In this document: piece after piece, positions 1 through 8,676 of the stretch
Layout of the letters: each line of letters opens with the position of its first letter
Numbering within the stretch: position 1 is the stretch's first letter
Source: a virus
Lineage: Duplodnaviria; Heunggongvirae; Uroviricota; Caudoviricetes
DNA: 26,851 nucleotides
Direction: 5' to 3' (one strand)
Virus record (IMG/VR): IMGVR_UViG_2802429248_000006
Coordinates: 1 to 26,851 of that record
Position numbers and translations under genes: made by a program
The notes under the pieces: model-generated
What the model was told of the DNA's origin: nothing
Databases searched by the model: none
What the model saw: the letters and a program-made list of their open reading frames with translations, nothing else

Positions 1-12
1 GGTTTGGGAGAA
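1..12. other. Half of a gix/cix/hix-type invertase crossover site (GGTTTGGGAGAA), truncated by the window edge
   Basis: Positions 1-12 are the exact reverse complement of TTCTCCCAAACC at 1878-1889; core dinucleotide and other half-site would lie at positions <=0. Confidence 0.55.
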
Positions 13-480
13 GGCTCTGCATTACCTGTTGGTGTGCCTGTTCCATGGCCTTCAGCCACACCGCCAACAGGCTGGCTGAAATGCAACGGTGCGGCATTTT
101 CTGCTGAAGAATACCCGGAACTGGCAAAGGCTTATCCAACAAATAAATTACCTGATTTACGCGGTGAGTTTATTCGTGGCTGGGATGACGGGCGCGGTAT
201 TGATGCAGGACGTGTTTTATTGAGTATTCAGGCCGGAATGCTGGAAAAGCACCGTCATTTTGTTGTAGCTAACGATGGGCATGATTCAAAAGAGGAATGG
301 GAGCTGGCAACAATCTTCCGAAATACATATACACAGGGCAAGGGGCTGGATGCTACCAGTGCAGGCGGAACTCTGATTCCATCACCGAAACTTCATTCAC
401 GAGGGAGTATTGGTAATACTGGCGGGAGTGAAACCCGTCCACGAAATATTGCATTTAACTTTATCGTGAGGGCTGCATAA
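4..480 (+). CDS. Alternative tail-fibre C-terminal (variable) segment, H'/Sv'-like; no own start, open to window edge
   Basis: Translation carries the P2 H / Mu S-type receptor-binding C-terminus (PVGVPVPWP...GWLKCNG...YPELAKAYP) and ends NIAFNFIVRAA; reading frame runs in from the crossover half-site at position 1. Confidence 0.7.
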   Translation: MGEGSALPVGVPVPWPSATPPTGWLKCNGAAFSAEEYPELAKAYPTNKLPDLRGEFIRGWDDGRGIDAGRVLLSIQAGMLEKHRHFVVANDGHDSKEEWELATIFRNTYTQGKGLDATSAGGTLIPSPKLHSRGSIGNTGGSETRPRNIAFNFIVRAA

Positions 481-1082
481 TGGATAATGCCGTATTAAAT
501 AGCGAGCTTATTACCACGAAGCCGGGGAATATTACCGTCTATAACTATGATGGTGAGACGCGGGAATATATTTCTGCATCAACTGAATATCTTGCAGTGG
601 GTGTCGGTATTCCAGCATATTCCTGTTTAGACGCTCCTGGTACATCTAAGGCTGGTTATACAATTTACCGTTCTGTGGATTTAAAATCATGGGAATATGT
701 GTCAGACCATCGCGGTGAAATCGTCTATAACACCGAAACGGGAGATGCCAAAGAAATCACAGCACTAGGCGACTATCCCGAAAATACAACCACTATCGCC
801 CCGTTAACGCCATACGATAAATGGGATGGTGAAAAATGGGTGACAGATACTGAGGCACAACACGGTGCCGCAGTAGACGCGGCAGAAGCACAGCGCCAGT
901 CACTGATTGATGCAGCAATGGCTTCCATCAGTCTGATTCAACTGAAATTGCAGGCCGGACGTAAACTGACGCAGGCAGAAACAACCAGACTTAACGCTGT
1001 GCTGGATTACATTGACGCGGTGACGGCAACAGATACCAGCACCGCGCCGGATGTCATCTGGCCTGAACTGCCGGAGGCGTAG
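480..1082 (+). CDS. Tail fibre assembly protein (alternative copy, G'/U'-like)
   Basis: 200-aa ORF whose ATG overlaps the H' stop (TAATG); C-terminus TSTAPDVIWPELPEA parallels the C-terminus of the minus-strand assembly gene. Confidence 0.8.
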   Translation: MDNAVLNSELITTKPGNITVYNYDGETREYISASTEYLAVGVGIPAYSCLDAPGTSKAGYTIYRSVDLKSWEYVSDHRGEIVYNTETGDAKEITALGDYPENTTTIAPLTPYDKWDGEKWVTDTEAQHGAAVDAAEAQRQSLIDAAMASISLIQLKLQAGRKLTQAETTRLNAVLDYIDAVTATDTSTAPDVIWPELPEA

Positions 1083-1506
1083 GCCATTCAATATCTGGTG
1101 CACTGGAGGTATCAACCAGCTCCAGTACATCCAGATAATCCAGCCACAAATTATATTGCGCCAGTTCGTCACCGTTCAGACGACCAATAGCGGCTTTACC
1201 AGGCCATTGCTTACTGTTCATGTATTCGTTGGCCTGGTTAATTAGTAGCTGTCTTTCTGATTCAGTAATTTCAATAAGCTCTTCATGCGTGGGTGGAGGA
1301 ATATCTGCCCACGCAGGCAGCCCATCATCTCCGGCAATACGGATTTTTCCTTGTGGCGGTTCAGCCATAAACTCACTGATAATATTTTGATTCACCTCCT
1401 TTGCATCTGATAAATCCCATCCCTCTGATTTATATTTATCAATCATATCCACAGGGAAAAAAGCATTATGCCTTGCGCTATAAACATATTCGTTCATATA
1501 AATCAC
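1054..1506 (-). CDS. G: Tail fibre assembly protein (currently expressed copy)
   Basis: 150-aa ORF directly downstream of H on the minus strand; GTG start; 3' end overlaps the convergent G' gene by 29 bp. Confidence 0.8.
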   Translation of the reverse strand: MIYMNEYVYSARHNAFFPVDMIDKYKSEGWDLSDAKEVNQNIISEFMAEPPQGKIRIAGDDGLPAWADIPPPTHEELIEITESERQLLINQANEYMNSKQWPGKAAIGRLNGDELAQYNLWLDYLDVLELVDTSSAPDIEWPTPPAVQAR

Positions 1507-1517
1507 CCTGAATAAAA

Positions 1518-2939
1518 TTACTCACCAACAGCCCACCAACTGTAATTCATCGATACTGTGGAACTGGTTGATGCAGTTCTGTAAGCAGAATTAAAACCGG
1601 TTAATGTTGGGCCTTCTGCGGTCATCACGAATCCCCGCCCAGCACCTAAAGGCGCACCACCATCACCAGAATGAGTAAGCATGGCGCAGTCCACTTTTTT
1701 AGGAAAAGGGATGCTGAATGTAATTCTCATTGTTTGCGTCGATAATGTCGGCGTAACCGCACCACGACCATATTGCAGGATTTTCCCGTTGGGTAATTTC
1801 ATCCATCCATCACCACTGGCAAAAGAGGCCATGTCCGGTATCTGATTTTCCCCTGTCCCTACATCCCGTTTTGCCGCTTCTCCCAAACCAAGGTATGCGA
1901 GAAGACCAGCAACATCCTTTCCACTCAAATTAGTCAGCGTATTGTCCAGCGGTTGTTTACCTGCCAGTGCATTAAGCATTGTCGTGGCAAAGTTCGGGTC
2001 ATTCCCCAGCGCCGCCGCCAGTTCGTTCAGTGTATCCAGTGCCGCAGGTGCAGAACCCACCATTGTCGCAATCGCCGATTTCACAAAAGCCGTAGTGGCA
2101 ATCTGTGTATTGTTGACCGACTGCGCCGCCGTGGGGGCTGTTGGCGTTCCGGTGAGTGCCGGACTCGACAGCGGCGCTTTCAGTGCCAGCGCATTGTTAA
2201 TGGTGGTACTGAATTTCGGATCATTGTTAATGGCTACGGCTATTTCTTTCAGCGTGTCCAGCGTGGCTGGCGCACCATTAATAAGAGCCGTCAATGCCTC
2301 CTGAACAAACGCGGTGGTCGCAACCTGCGTGGTGTTATTCCCCGCCGCTGGCGTTGGCGCTTTGGGTGTCCCGGTAAACGTAGGACTTTCTTTCTGTGCA
2401 TACTGTGAATGCGGGTCCGGTGCGGCAAGATGTTTTGCCATCTGATCATCCGCGTACACCTTCAGCTCCAGTACCTTATCATCCACATACTTGCGGGTTG
2501 CCAGCACTACGGCAGGGTCGATTTTCAGGGTGATATTGTCCGTGCTGCTGGTAATCAACACCATACGCACGGTCTGGGTACGCCCGCTGCCTTCAGCCAG
2601 TTGCGGCTTATAGCTTTCCGGGCAGTTGCCCACGGCAATCAATGCCCCGGACTCATCAAACAGGCCCACTTCACGTATCCACCAACCACCCTCGTTTTCA
2701 GGGATCACCTGTTCAGCAATAATCTGGCTGCTGTTCTGCGGGTCGATATAGAGCATATTCAGCGCAGCCCGACGTTTCTCATTTACCAGTGCTGTCTGCT
2801 TTGCATCCGGCGTTGGTAATGTTCCGCCGCCATCGCCGACCGCCATATGGGTAATTTTTAAAGGCACACCGAGCGCGGCGGCGCTGGCAAGTTTCGCCGC
2901 GCCAATATCCGTCAGCAGGGTATAAAATTTTGTGCTCAT
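1518..2939 (-). CDS. H: Tail fibre protein H (constant N-terminal part plus currently joined variable C-terminus)
   Basis: 473-aa ORF with P2 H-like N-terminus (MSTKFYTLLTDIGAAKLA...) and internal duplicated ~60-aa modules; ATG overlaps the gpI stop (ATGA). Confidence 0.9.
   Translation of the reverse strand: MSTKFYTLLTDIGAAKLASAAALGVPLKITHMAVGDGGGTLPTPDAKQTALVNEKRRAALNMLYIDPQNSSQIIAEQVIPENEGGWWIREVGLFDESGALIAVGNCPESYKPQLAEGSGRTQTVRMVLITSSTDNITLKIDPAVVLATRKYVDDKVLELKVYADDQMAKHLAAPDPHSQYAQKESPTFTGTPKAPTPAAGNNTTQVATTAFVQEALTALINGAPATLDTLKEIAVAINNDPKFSTTINNALALKAPLSSPALTGTPTAPTAAQSVNNTQIATTAFVKSAIATMVGSAPAALDTLNELAAALGNDPNFATTMLNALAGKQPLDNTLTNLSGKDVAGLLAYLGLGEAAKRDVGTGENQIPDMASFASGDGWMKLPNGKILQYGRGAVTPTLSTQTMRITFSIPFPKKVDCAMLTHSGDGGAPLGAGRGFVMTAEGPTLTGFNSAYRTASTSSTVSMNYSWWAVGE
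1878..1903. other. gix/cix/hix-type 26-bp invertase crossover site inside H (constant/variable junction)
   Basis: TTCTCCCAAACC-AA-GGTATGCGAGAA: perfect left half, imperfect right half; encodes YLGLGE in H; its partner half-site is at positions 1-12. Confidence 0.6.
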
Positions 2940-3541
2940 GGATTCACTCTCATTGTGTCAATAATATGGACCGCCCCGCCTTCATGCGCGGTGCCGCCGG
3001 AAATAATTGTTTCGTTGATATACGGATAGATCGTGATTTCTTCGCCAAGATAGCTGGCGGCTCCCACCCAATGCGGGCCGCTGGTCTGCAGGTTGATGGA
3101 CATGCCGATCATGTGACGACTACATGGTTTGGCATCGCTTATCAGTCGCTCAAGTTCCAGATGGGTATCTTCAGTGATGCCCTGGTCCTGCACGCCGATA
3201 TCCAGGCGAAACGTGCCCGGTGTCTCTCCGGTCTGCCACCACTCAATAATGCGGATCAGAAAGCCGAACGGCTCCACCACCCGCCGCACGGCACTGGTGG
3301 TCCCTTTATGCTGATGAATATAAAAAGCATCCTTCACCACCTGGCGCTTGACGCTTTCTGTCCAGCCCTCGTCCCAGCGATCCACAGAGAACGCCCAGGC
3401 GAGATAAGGCAGGAAACTGACCGGACAGGTTGCCGGATTCCACAAGTCACGCAGTGACACCTGCAGATCAGAAATCCCGCTGCAGGTTTGCGCCAGTCGG
3501 CGCTCCAGTGGCGTTGAACCCGGTGGCAGCAGACTATTCAT
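2936..3541 (-). CDS. I: Baseplate assembly protein I
   Basis: 201-aa ORF in the P2 position between J and H; stop overlaps the H start. Confidence 0.85.
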   Translation of the reverse strand: MNSLLPPGSTPLERRLAQTCSGISDLQVSLRDLWNPATCPVSFLPYLAWAFSVDRWDEGWTESVKRQVVKDAFYIHQHKGTTSAVRRVVEPFGFLIRIIEWWQTGETPGTFRLDIGVQDQGITEDTHLELERLISDAKPCSRHMIGMSINLQTSGPHWVGAASYLGEEITIYPYINETIISGGTAHEGGAVHIIDTMRVNP

Positions 3542-4442
3542 CCGTTCCCCCGTTGGTCACGCTCCACTGCATACATGATGCCGCCTGCGTTTTGTTCAGG
3601 ACCACGTCCGCCTGCGGGGAAGCCAGTTCCACACGCTGAACACCCTCAACATGCAGCGCGGCAAAAATGGCGCTACGGCGAATATCCCGACCAAGCCGCG
3701 TCTGACTGGCAATGTACCTCTGCAGGCTGGCTTTTGCCGCTGCCATTACCGGCTCTGCTTCCGGTCCCGGATAGAGAAAAATGGTGGCTTCCACGCGGTA
3801 CGGGATGATTTCCGCGCTGCGAACCGTCAGACGGTCAGCCACCGGGCGGACATTCTCACTGTTCAGTGCTTTCTCCACCACATCCAGCAGGTTTTTTTCT
3901 GCTGTTCCGTCGCCTTCGCGGCTAAGGACTGTCAGCACCACCTCTGCAGGTGCCGGACTGGTTGCACTGGCATCCGCCACCCGACCGTCGGCGCTTCGGG
4001 CATGAAATTCATAAGCGGCAGTTGGTCCCGCAACTGAAAGCCCCTCAAAGGCTGCTGGCACACGCAGGCGTAACGCTTCATCGCTTTCCATCACTGCTGC
4101 AACGGGCGGCACAGCGTCATTATCAGCAGGCGTCACCGTCAGGCGTTTCACGTTGTAGTTGGCAGCGATCTGGTCAAGATCGCCGCCCATCGCGTAAGCC
4201 ACCATCACAGCCTGCGCGGCTTCGTTAATGCGCTGGCGCAGAAGCAACTCACGGTAAGCGTTCTCCTGCAGCAATTTGGTGACGGGTTCAGATTCCAGTT
4301 CCAGCGTGCGGATCACTGCTTCCTGCTCATCTTTCGGATGAAGCGCAACAAATTCGGCCTTGCGTTCGGCAAGCAGCGTCTCAAAGTCCGGCACATCCAC
4401 AATCTGCGGCGCAGGCAACTGCGAAAGGTCAATCACTGCCAT
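3534..4442 (-). CDS. J: Baseplate assembly protein J
   Basis: ORF 3534..4481; start refined to the ATG (cat at 4440-4442) giving MAVIDLSQL...; P2 J-like length (~302 aa) and position. Confidence 0.9.
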   Translation of the reverse strand: MAVIDLSQLPAPQIVDVPDFETLLAERKAEFVALHPKDEQEAVIRTLELESEPVTKLLQENAYRELLLRQRINEAAQAVMVAYAMGGDLDQIAANYNVKRLTVTPADNDAVPPVAAVMESDEALRLRVPAAFEGLSVAGPTAAYEFHARSADGRVADASATSPAPAEVVLTVLSREGDGTAEKNLLDVVEKALNSENVRPVADRLTVRSAEIIPYRVEATIFLYPGPEAEPVMAAAKASLQRYIASQTRLGRDIRRSAIFAALHVEGVQRVELASPQADVVLNKTQAASCMQWSVTNGGTDE

Positions 4443-4788
4443 TCTCTGCTCCTGTTGATACGGAAAGGGAAACAGGCACACCGTTATTACGCCGCCCGCT
4501 CAGCGCCACCACCATTGAACCGTCAAAATTGCTGTTGATGGTGATGGAATCCAGCGTCAGCCGTGGCTCCCAGCGACTCAGCGCCACATACACTGCCGAC
4601 ATGATCTGCAGGCGTAATGCCGGATTTTGTGGCTGGTCTATCAGTGTCGACAGCAGGGAACCATATTCACGACGGGCAATGCGGCTACCCTGCGGTGTCA
4701 GTAGAATGTCCCGCACCGACTGACGCAGATGGTCAATATCAGTAATGACTTTGCCGCTGGTATTGTTCATCCCACTATAAAGCGTCAT
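4429..4788 (-). CDS. W: Baseplate protein W (gp25-like)
   Basis: 119-aa ORF between V and J, overlapping both; matches P2 W size and position. Confidence 0.85.
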   Translation of the reverse strand: MTLYSGMNNTSGKVITDIDHLRQSVRDILLTPQGSRIARREYGSLLSTLIDQPQNPALRLQIMSAVYVALSRWEPRLTLDSITINSNFDGSMVVALSGRRNNGVPVSLSVSTGAENGSD

Positions 4789-5363
4789 ACCGGGCCTCCG
4801 GTTGTATCGCCGCCTTTCAGGACGCCAGTATGCTGATGCGCATCAACCACGATCCCGTTAGAACTCATCGCTCCGCCGCCCTGGGTAACGCCACCATTGA
4901 TCACCACTTCGCTGTTAATGCGCGTGCGGTCAACCTCCAGTACAAACTCACTGGTTTTCATGGTGATGTTGTCAGCGGCCTCAATGACCATTGATTTGAT
5001 GCCCCTGACATACCAGCGCCCGGTGGCGGGTTCGTATTCAAACCAGCCACCGTCAGGATGTTCTGTCACGCAGGCGTCCGCCGACGTCGACGGTGGCGCG
5101 AACTGATTCGAATAGATGGCGGGCAGCGCAAAGGCGGTTTCCAGATTGCCGCCCAGACTCAGCAGCACCACCTGCTCACCTTCCGATGGTCGCCACCATG
5201 TGCGGGCATTCCCGGCACGCAGCGTCAGCCAGCTGATCCAGTTGGTTTCAAGCTCGCCCGTTTTCACCCTGCAAAGCCAGTTTTCCCTGTCCACTTCGGT
5301 GACTACCCCAGTGCGGATTAGGTTGGTGATAAGGCGCATGATTTCGGTTAATTGTGCGTTCAT
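4785..5363 (-). CDS. V: Baseplate spike protein V
   Basis: 192-aa ORF, first gene of the V-W-J-I-H-G operon; P2 V-like. Confidence 0.85.
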   Translation of the reverse strand: MNAQLTEIMRLITNLIRTGVVTEVDRENWLCRVKTGELETNWISWLTLRAGNARTWWRPSEGEQVVLLSLGGNLETAFALPAIYSNQFAPPSTSADACVTEHPDGGWFEYEPATGRWYVRGIKSMVIEAADNITMKTSEFVLEVDRTRINSEVVINGGVTQGGGAMSSNGIVVDAHQHTGVLKGGDTTGGPV

Positions 5364-5409
5364 AGGGAAAGGTTGCCATCAGGGGAAGAAAGGCGGCAGT
5401 GCTGCAACT

Positions 5410-5427
5410 TGTATCAGTGCTGATACA
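5410..5427 (-). promoter_or_regulatory. TGT-N12-ACA dyad, candidate Ogr/B-type late-activator binding site for the V operon promoter
   Basis: TGTATCAGTGCTGATACA sits in the 68-bp S-V intergenic gap; P2-family late promoters carry a TGT-N12-ACA activator site. Confidence 0.45.
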
Positions 5428-5431
5428 AAGA

Positions 5432-5878
5432 TCACCCCGCCAGCCATTGCAGAATCATGTCGCGGGTCATTGCCTCAACATCATCATTTACACCCAGCAG
5501 GCGGCGCTCTGCGTAACGGACCTCCGGTCCTTTGCGACTGACGCGATCACGCAGGCCGTAATGGTGAACACGGGCAATACGCTGCACCTTGCCTTCAAAC
5601 TGTACGCTGGCAGAGTCGGCGCTGGCGGCAGTTTTCAGGTATTTTGTGGTGCGCAGCTTTGCAAACATCTGACGTTTGATGCGGCCTTTTTTGCTGCGTG
5701 CTGTTACCCTGCGCGGTTCATAACTGCGGCCATCTGGATTGCGCTGCATCCTGATATTCTGCTGCTGTGTCCGGCGCAGTTCCTGCGCCAGCTGGCGCAT
5801 CATGCGGCTTCTCGTGGCTGGTTCCAGATTCGCCAGCAAGGCACTCAGCCAGCCGTCCACCTTCTGCAGTTCAGCCAC
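5432..5878 (-). CDS. S: Tail completion protein S
   Basis: 148-aa ORF in P2 S position; size matches (P2 S ~150 aa). Confidence 0.85.
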   Translation of the reverse strand: MAELQKVDGWLSALLANLEPATRSRMMRQLAQELRRTQQQNIRMQRNPDGRSYEPRRVTARSKKGRIKRQMFAKLRTTKYLKTAASADSASVQFEGKVQRIARVHHYGLRDRVSRKGPEVRYAERRLLGVNDDVEAMTRDMILQWLAG

Positions 5879-6323
5879 GTTTCACCGTCCACATTTCTTC
5901 AGGTTCATCGGGTTCTGCTACAGCTTCAACGCTCGACACACTGCCGTCAGTACTGACCAGCACACGTTCCGTCAGTTGCAGGTTAAGGCTGATATCACAG
6001 ACATCGTTGCGCAAAATATCCACCTCAAAGGTGAATAGCTTTTCCCGTAACGCCGGGTTATTGATGGCATCGGGCTGGTTATCCCGAAGCCACAGTAAAA
6101 CCGGGGCCATCAGCAGATTCTGGTCGCCGCTGAAATCCTCTATCACCACGTTCAGGGTATAGCGGTACTCCCATGACATGGAGCTGGCCCCCGTGGCAAC
6201 CAGCGAACCGTTATCCACAAACAGATGCAGTTTGTCCGGGTTATTGCGGACATAAGGCACCGCTTTATTGAGGGCGTGGCGCAGGGATTGTGGTTTGTTC
6301 ACTGTTTCGCTCCTGACACGCAA
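5871..6323 (-). CDS. R: Tail completion protein R
   Basis: 150-aa ORF in P2 R position, overlapping the S start. Confidence 0.8.
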   Translation of the reverse strand: MRVRSETVNKPQSLRHALNKAVPYVRNNPDKLHLFVDNGSLVATGASSMSWEYRYTLNVVIEDFSGDQNLLMAPVLLWLRDNQPDAINNPALREKLFTFEVDILRNDVCDISLNLQLTERVLVSTDGSVSSVEAVAEPDEPEEMWTVKRG

Positions 6324-6555
6324 TAATCATGTCCACTTTGTCTGCACAGACCGTCCAGGCGGCCTCCGTTTCATCCAGCAACGCGTTCAGGTCACCGTTA
6401 GTGCGCGGCGCTGCCTGCCCCAGCCGACACGGCGTCACTCGCGGACAACCACTGACGGTAAGCTGCACCTCCGGTGAGTGCCGGACGTTCCCGCAGCCGG
6501 ATAATGTCAGCAGGCAAAGGAGTATCAGCCCAGCGGCGTAAATCCTCGTTCTCAC
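6265..6555 (-). CDS. lysC: Outer-membrane lipoprotein spanin (LysC / Rz1-like), overlapping lysB out of frame
   Basis: 96-aa ORF with N-terminal signal peptide and lipobox (LLTLSGC); overlaps the 3' part of lysB in another frame. Confidence 0.65.
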   Translation of the reverse strand: MRTRIYAAGLILLCLLTLSGCGNVRHSPEVQLTVSGCPRVTPCRLGQAAPRTNGDLNALLDETEAAWTVCADKVDMIIACQERNSEQTTIPAPRPQ

Positions 6556-6826
6556 GTTTCAGTTCCTCGATCCGGCGTTGTCGTTGTCTCAGCTGTGCGC
6601 TGGTCTGTTCTGCTTCGGCATAGAGCCGCGCCTGCTCCCGGTTATTGGTTTCAGTCAGAATGGACAGGCTGATAAGCTGGCTGTTGCTCTTTGCCAGTGC
6701 CTGGCTTTTGCTCTGCAGCTCGTCTGCCTGCGTGCTGATGGTCTGGCTGGCATCAGCCAGCCGCCACGTCTGCCAGCCCAGCGCCGCCAGTAATAACGCC
6801 AGCACAACCAGCAGCAACCGGTTCAT
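6398..6826 (-). CDS. lysB: Inner-membrane spanin (LysB / Rz-like)
   Basis: 142-aa ORF with N-terminal transmembrane segment and coiled-coil-like charged region; P2 lysB position. Confidence 0.75.
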   Translation of the reverse strand: MNRLLLVVLALLLAALGWQTWRLADASQTISTQADELQSKSQALAKSNSQLISLSILTETNNREQARLYAEAEQTSAQLRQRQRRIEELKRENEDLRRWADTPLPADIIRLRERPALTGGAAYRQWLSASDAVSAGAGSAAH

Positions 6827-7200
6827 GCTGCTACCTGTTGCGCCATCTGATTACGGGTGATCCAGAAGGCAATAACGGTCAGTAGATAAAAGACCAGGGT
6901 AATAGCCCACCCCGTCCAGGCGAGACTTACAACAATCAGCAATCGCATCACCCAACTGGTAAATACGTTTTCTTTTCGGGTAATTGTCTTCAGCAAAGAT
7001 GCCCTTAACTCCTGCCAGAGCGGGCCATTCTTAATTAACGCAGCCAGTGCTACCGGAATTACCGCCCATGTCAGCAAACAGGCTACCCAAACGCCGGACG
7101 CTGCCAGTACCGGAAAAATCCCCTGCGGATACACCATTGCTGCGATTAACAGCGCCATCCATAACATCAGAAACAGTCCGCTGATTAATTTCTTTTTCAT
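6823..7200 (-). CDS. lysA: LysA, multi-pass membrane lysis-timing protein
   Basis: ORF 6823..7272 trimmed to the ATG giving MKKKLISGLFLMLWMALL...; several hydrophobic helices; follows the endolysin as in P2. Confidence 0.7.
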   Translation of the reverse strand: MKKKLISGLFLMLWMALLIAAMVYPQGIFPVLAASGVWVACLLTWAVIPVALAALIKNGPLWQELRASLLKTITRKENVFTSWVMRLLIVVSLAWTGWAITLVFYLLTVIAFWITRNQMAQQVAA

Positions 7201-7201
7201 T

Positions 7202-7714
7202 TCAGTTTGCTCCCTGTAAACACCAGGCCATCTCCCGCGCACGGCGGTTATCCAGCCCCTGATTAAAAACACCTTTCACATAAACCCAGCGCGGCAACTG
7301 TCGGCACGCATCTGCCCAGCGCCGCTGATTGAGTAATTTCACCAGCGTGGAACTGCAGGCATTGCCCGTTCCCACGTTGAAGGCAAACGACACCGCAGCG
7401 TCATACACCTTCTGCGGCGGCTGTTGCTTCACACACCTTTCCAGCGCCCGCTCGACACGCAGCACGTTGGAGATCAGCCCTTCTGCTGCCTGTCGCTCCG
7501 TAATGGTTTTGCCGGGAATGACGCCTGACGTATTACCAATGCCGTCGGTCCAAACACCCGCGCTGCACTGATACGGCTGCAGACGACAACCTTCGTAATC
7601 GGCAATCAGTTTCAGCCCCTCCACGGAGGTGTGAAGCTGCTGAAAACCCGGCAGCGTGGCAGCAATAGCCAGCACGGCCCCGACAAGGCAGCGTTTAACG
7701 ATTGATGGATTCAT
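7202..7714 (-). CDS. K: Endolysin (lysozyme family) with N-terminal signal-anchor-release (SAR)-type hydrophobic segment
   Basis: 170-aa ORF; hydrophobic N-terminus (VKRCLVGAVLAIAATLPGF) followed by a catalytic-like EGLKL...DGIGNTSG region; P2 K position. Confidence 0.85.
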   Translation of the reverse strand: MNPSIVKRCLVGAVLAIAATLPGFQQLHTSVEGLKLIADYEGCRLQPYQCSAGVWTDGIGNTSGVIPGKTITERQAAEGLISNVLRVERALERCVKQQPPQKVYDAAVSFAFNVGTGNACSSTLVKLLNQRRWADACRQLPRWVYVKGVFNQGLDNRRAREMAWCLQGAN

Positions 7715-7910
7715 AGTCCTCCCGCGAGATCTGCCCGTCGCGCAGAAGCTGGTAGGCTTTGTGTTTGTAGTACCAGTTGATAGCCAGCATCAGCACACCA
7801 ATCATCAGGCCGCCCAGCGTTGAGGCATCCTTGATGGACAAATCGCCCAGCCAGGCCAGCACGACGGCGATGCAATACGTGATAAAGGCGCTGATTCGCT
7901 CAAGCGTCAT
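7695..7910 (-). CDS. Y: Holin
   Basis: 71-aa protein with two hydrophobic helices and a charged C-terminus, immediately upstream of and overlapping the endolysin. Confidence 0.75.
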   Translation of the reverse strand: MTLERISAFITYCIAVVLAWLGDLSIKDASTLGGLMIGVLMLAINWYYKHKAYQLLRDGQISREDYESINR

Positions 7911-7913
7911 AAT

Positions 7914-8117
7914 TCAGTCCCATAGCTGGACGGTCTGCACGGTGGTGGTGGTCGGAATGTCCGGCAGCTCCACCTGCAGCCCGTGAGGTAAAAAGGGGCC
8001 GTATTCGGCAAGCCCCGGATTTGCCTTCAGTACCTGCTCCGTGACACCCTGCGTGCGCCCGTAATGACGCCAGCAAAGCGCGTCCACCGTGTCATACTGA
8101 TGCGCACGTACTTTCAT
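7914..8117 (-). CDS. X: Tail protein X
   Basis: 67-aa ORF in P2 X position between L and Y. Confidence 0.8.
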   Translation of the reverse strand: MKVRAHQYDTVDALCWRHYGRTQGVTEQVLKANPGLAEYGPFLPHGLQVELPDIPTTTTVQTVQLWD

Positions 8118-8581
8118 CAGATAAGCTCCACTGTGCAGTGCGGCGCATCCTGCACCCGGCTGATGGCCCAGCGGGCGTCACGCCACAAATCACCGCTGGC
8201 TTCTGCCAGTTCTTCGCCTCGCTTCACACCGGATGCCGTGGCGTCATAGTCCTGGTATCGTTCGTTGAGCATGGCGCGTGCCCAGCAGTAAACCGCGTTG
8301 AAATAGTGCTGAATGCGCTCACTTTTGCCGTCCAGCTGCTCCGCCGGAACCTCTGCCAGCGAGGCATATCCCAGCATCTGCTGGCGTCTGCGAAACTCAT
8401 ACAGCTCTGCGTTGACCTCCGAAATTGCCGACAGCGCAACCTGCTTTAAACGCGGCTGCGTCACCGTGCCGTCAGTGCGCATGACACTGCGAAACTCCGA
8501 CAGGTCCACATCAGGCCAGAACGGCGTGTTTCTGATGATTTCCGCCTGTTCCGGTGCCTGTTCTGGCGCAACAAACTTCAT
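8117..8581 (-). CDS. L: Capsid (head) completion protein L
   Basis: ORF 8117..8644 trimmed to the ATG (cat at 8579-8581) preceded by an AGGAGA Shine-Dalgarno; P2 L position. Confidence 0.8.
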   Translation of the reverse strand: MKFVAPEQAPEQAEIIRNTPFWPDVDLSEFRSVMRTDGTVTQPRLKQVALSAISEVNAELYEFRRRQQMLGYASLAEVPAEQLDGKSERIQHYFNAVYCWARAMLNERYQDYDATASGVKRGEELAEASGDLWRDARWAISRVQDAPHCTVELI

Positions 8582-8676
8582 GCTGCTTTCTCCTGAAATA
8601 GAGGGCGGTGGACGGGGTTTTGATGTGGCAGTACCTTTCGCCACCCCGTGCCGCCCGTGCGCGGGGGCACGTTCTG

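Noticed and set aside
1590-1615. AAAACCGGTTAAT, resembling half of a hix/gix site near the 3' end of H
   Set aside because: Lacks the 2-bp core and a matching second half-site, and sits too close to the H stop; the real crossover site is at 1878-1903.
1942-2819. Plus-strand ORFs (120, 151 and 136 aa) inside tail-fibre gene H
   Set aside because: Antisense to H; Ala/Ser- or Arg-rich low-complexity translations characteristic of the reverse frames of a GC-rich repetitive gene.
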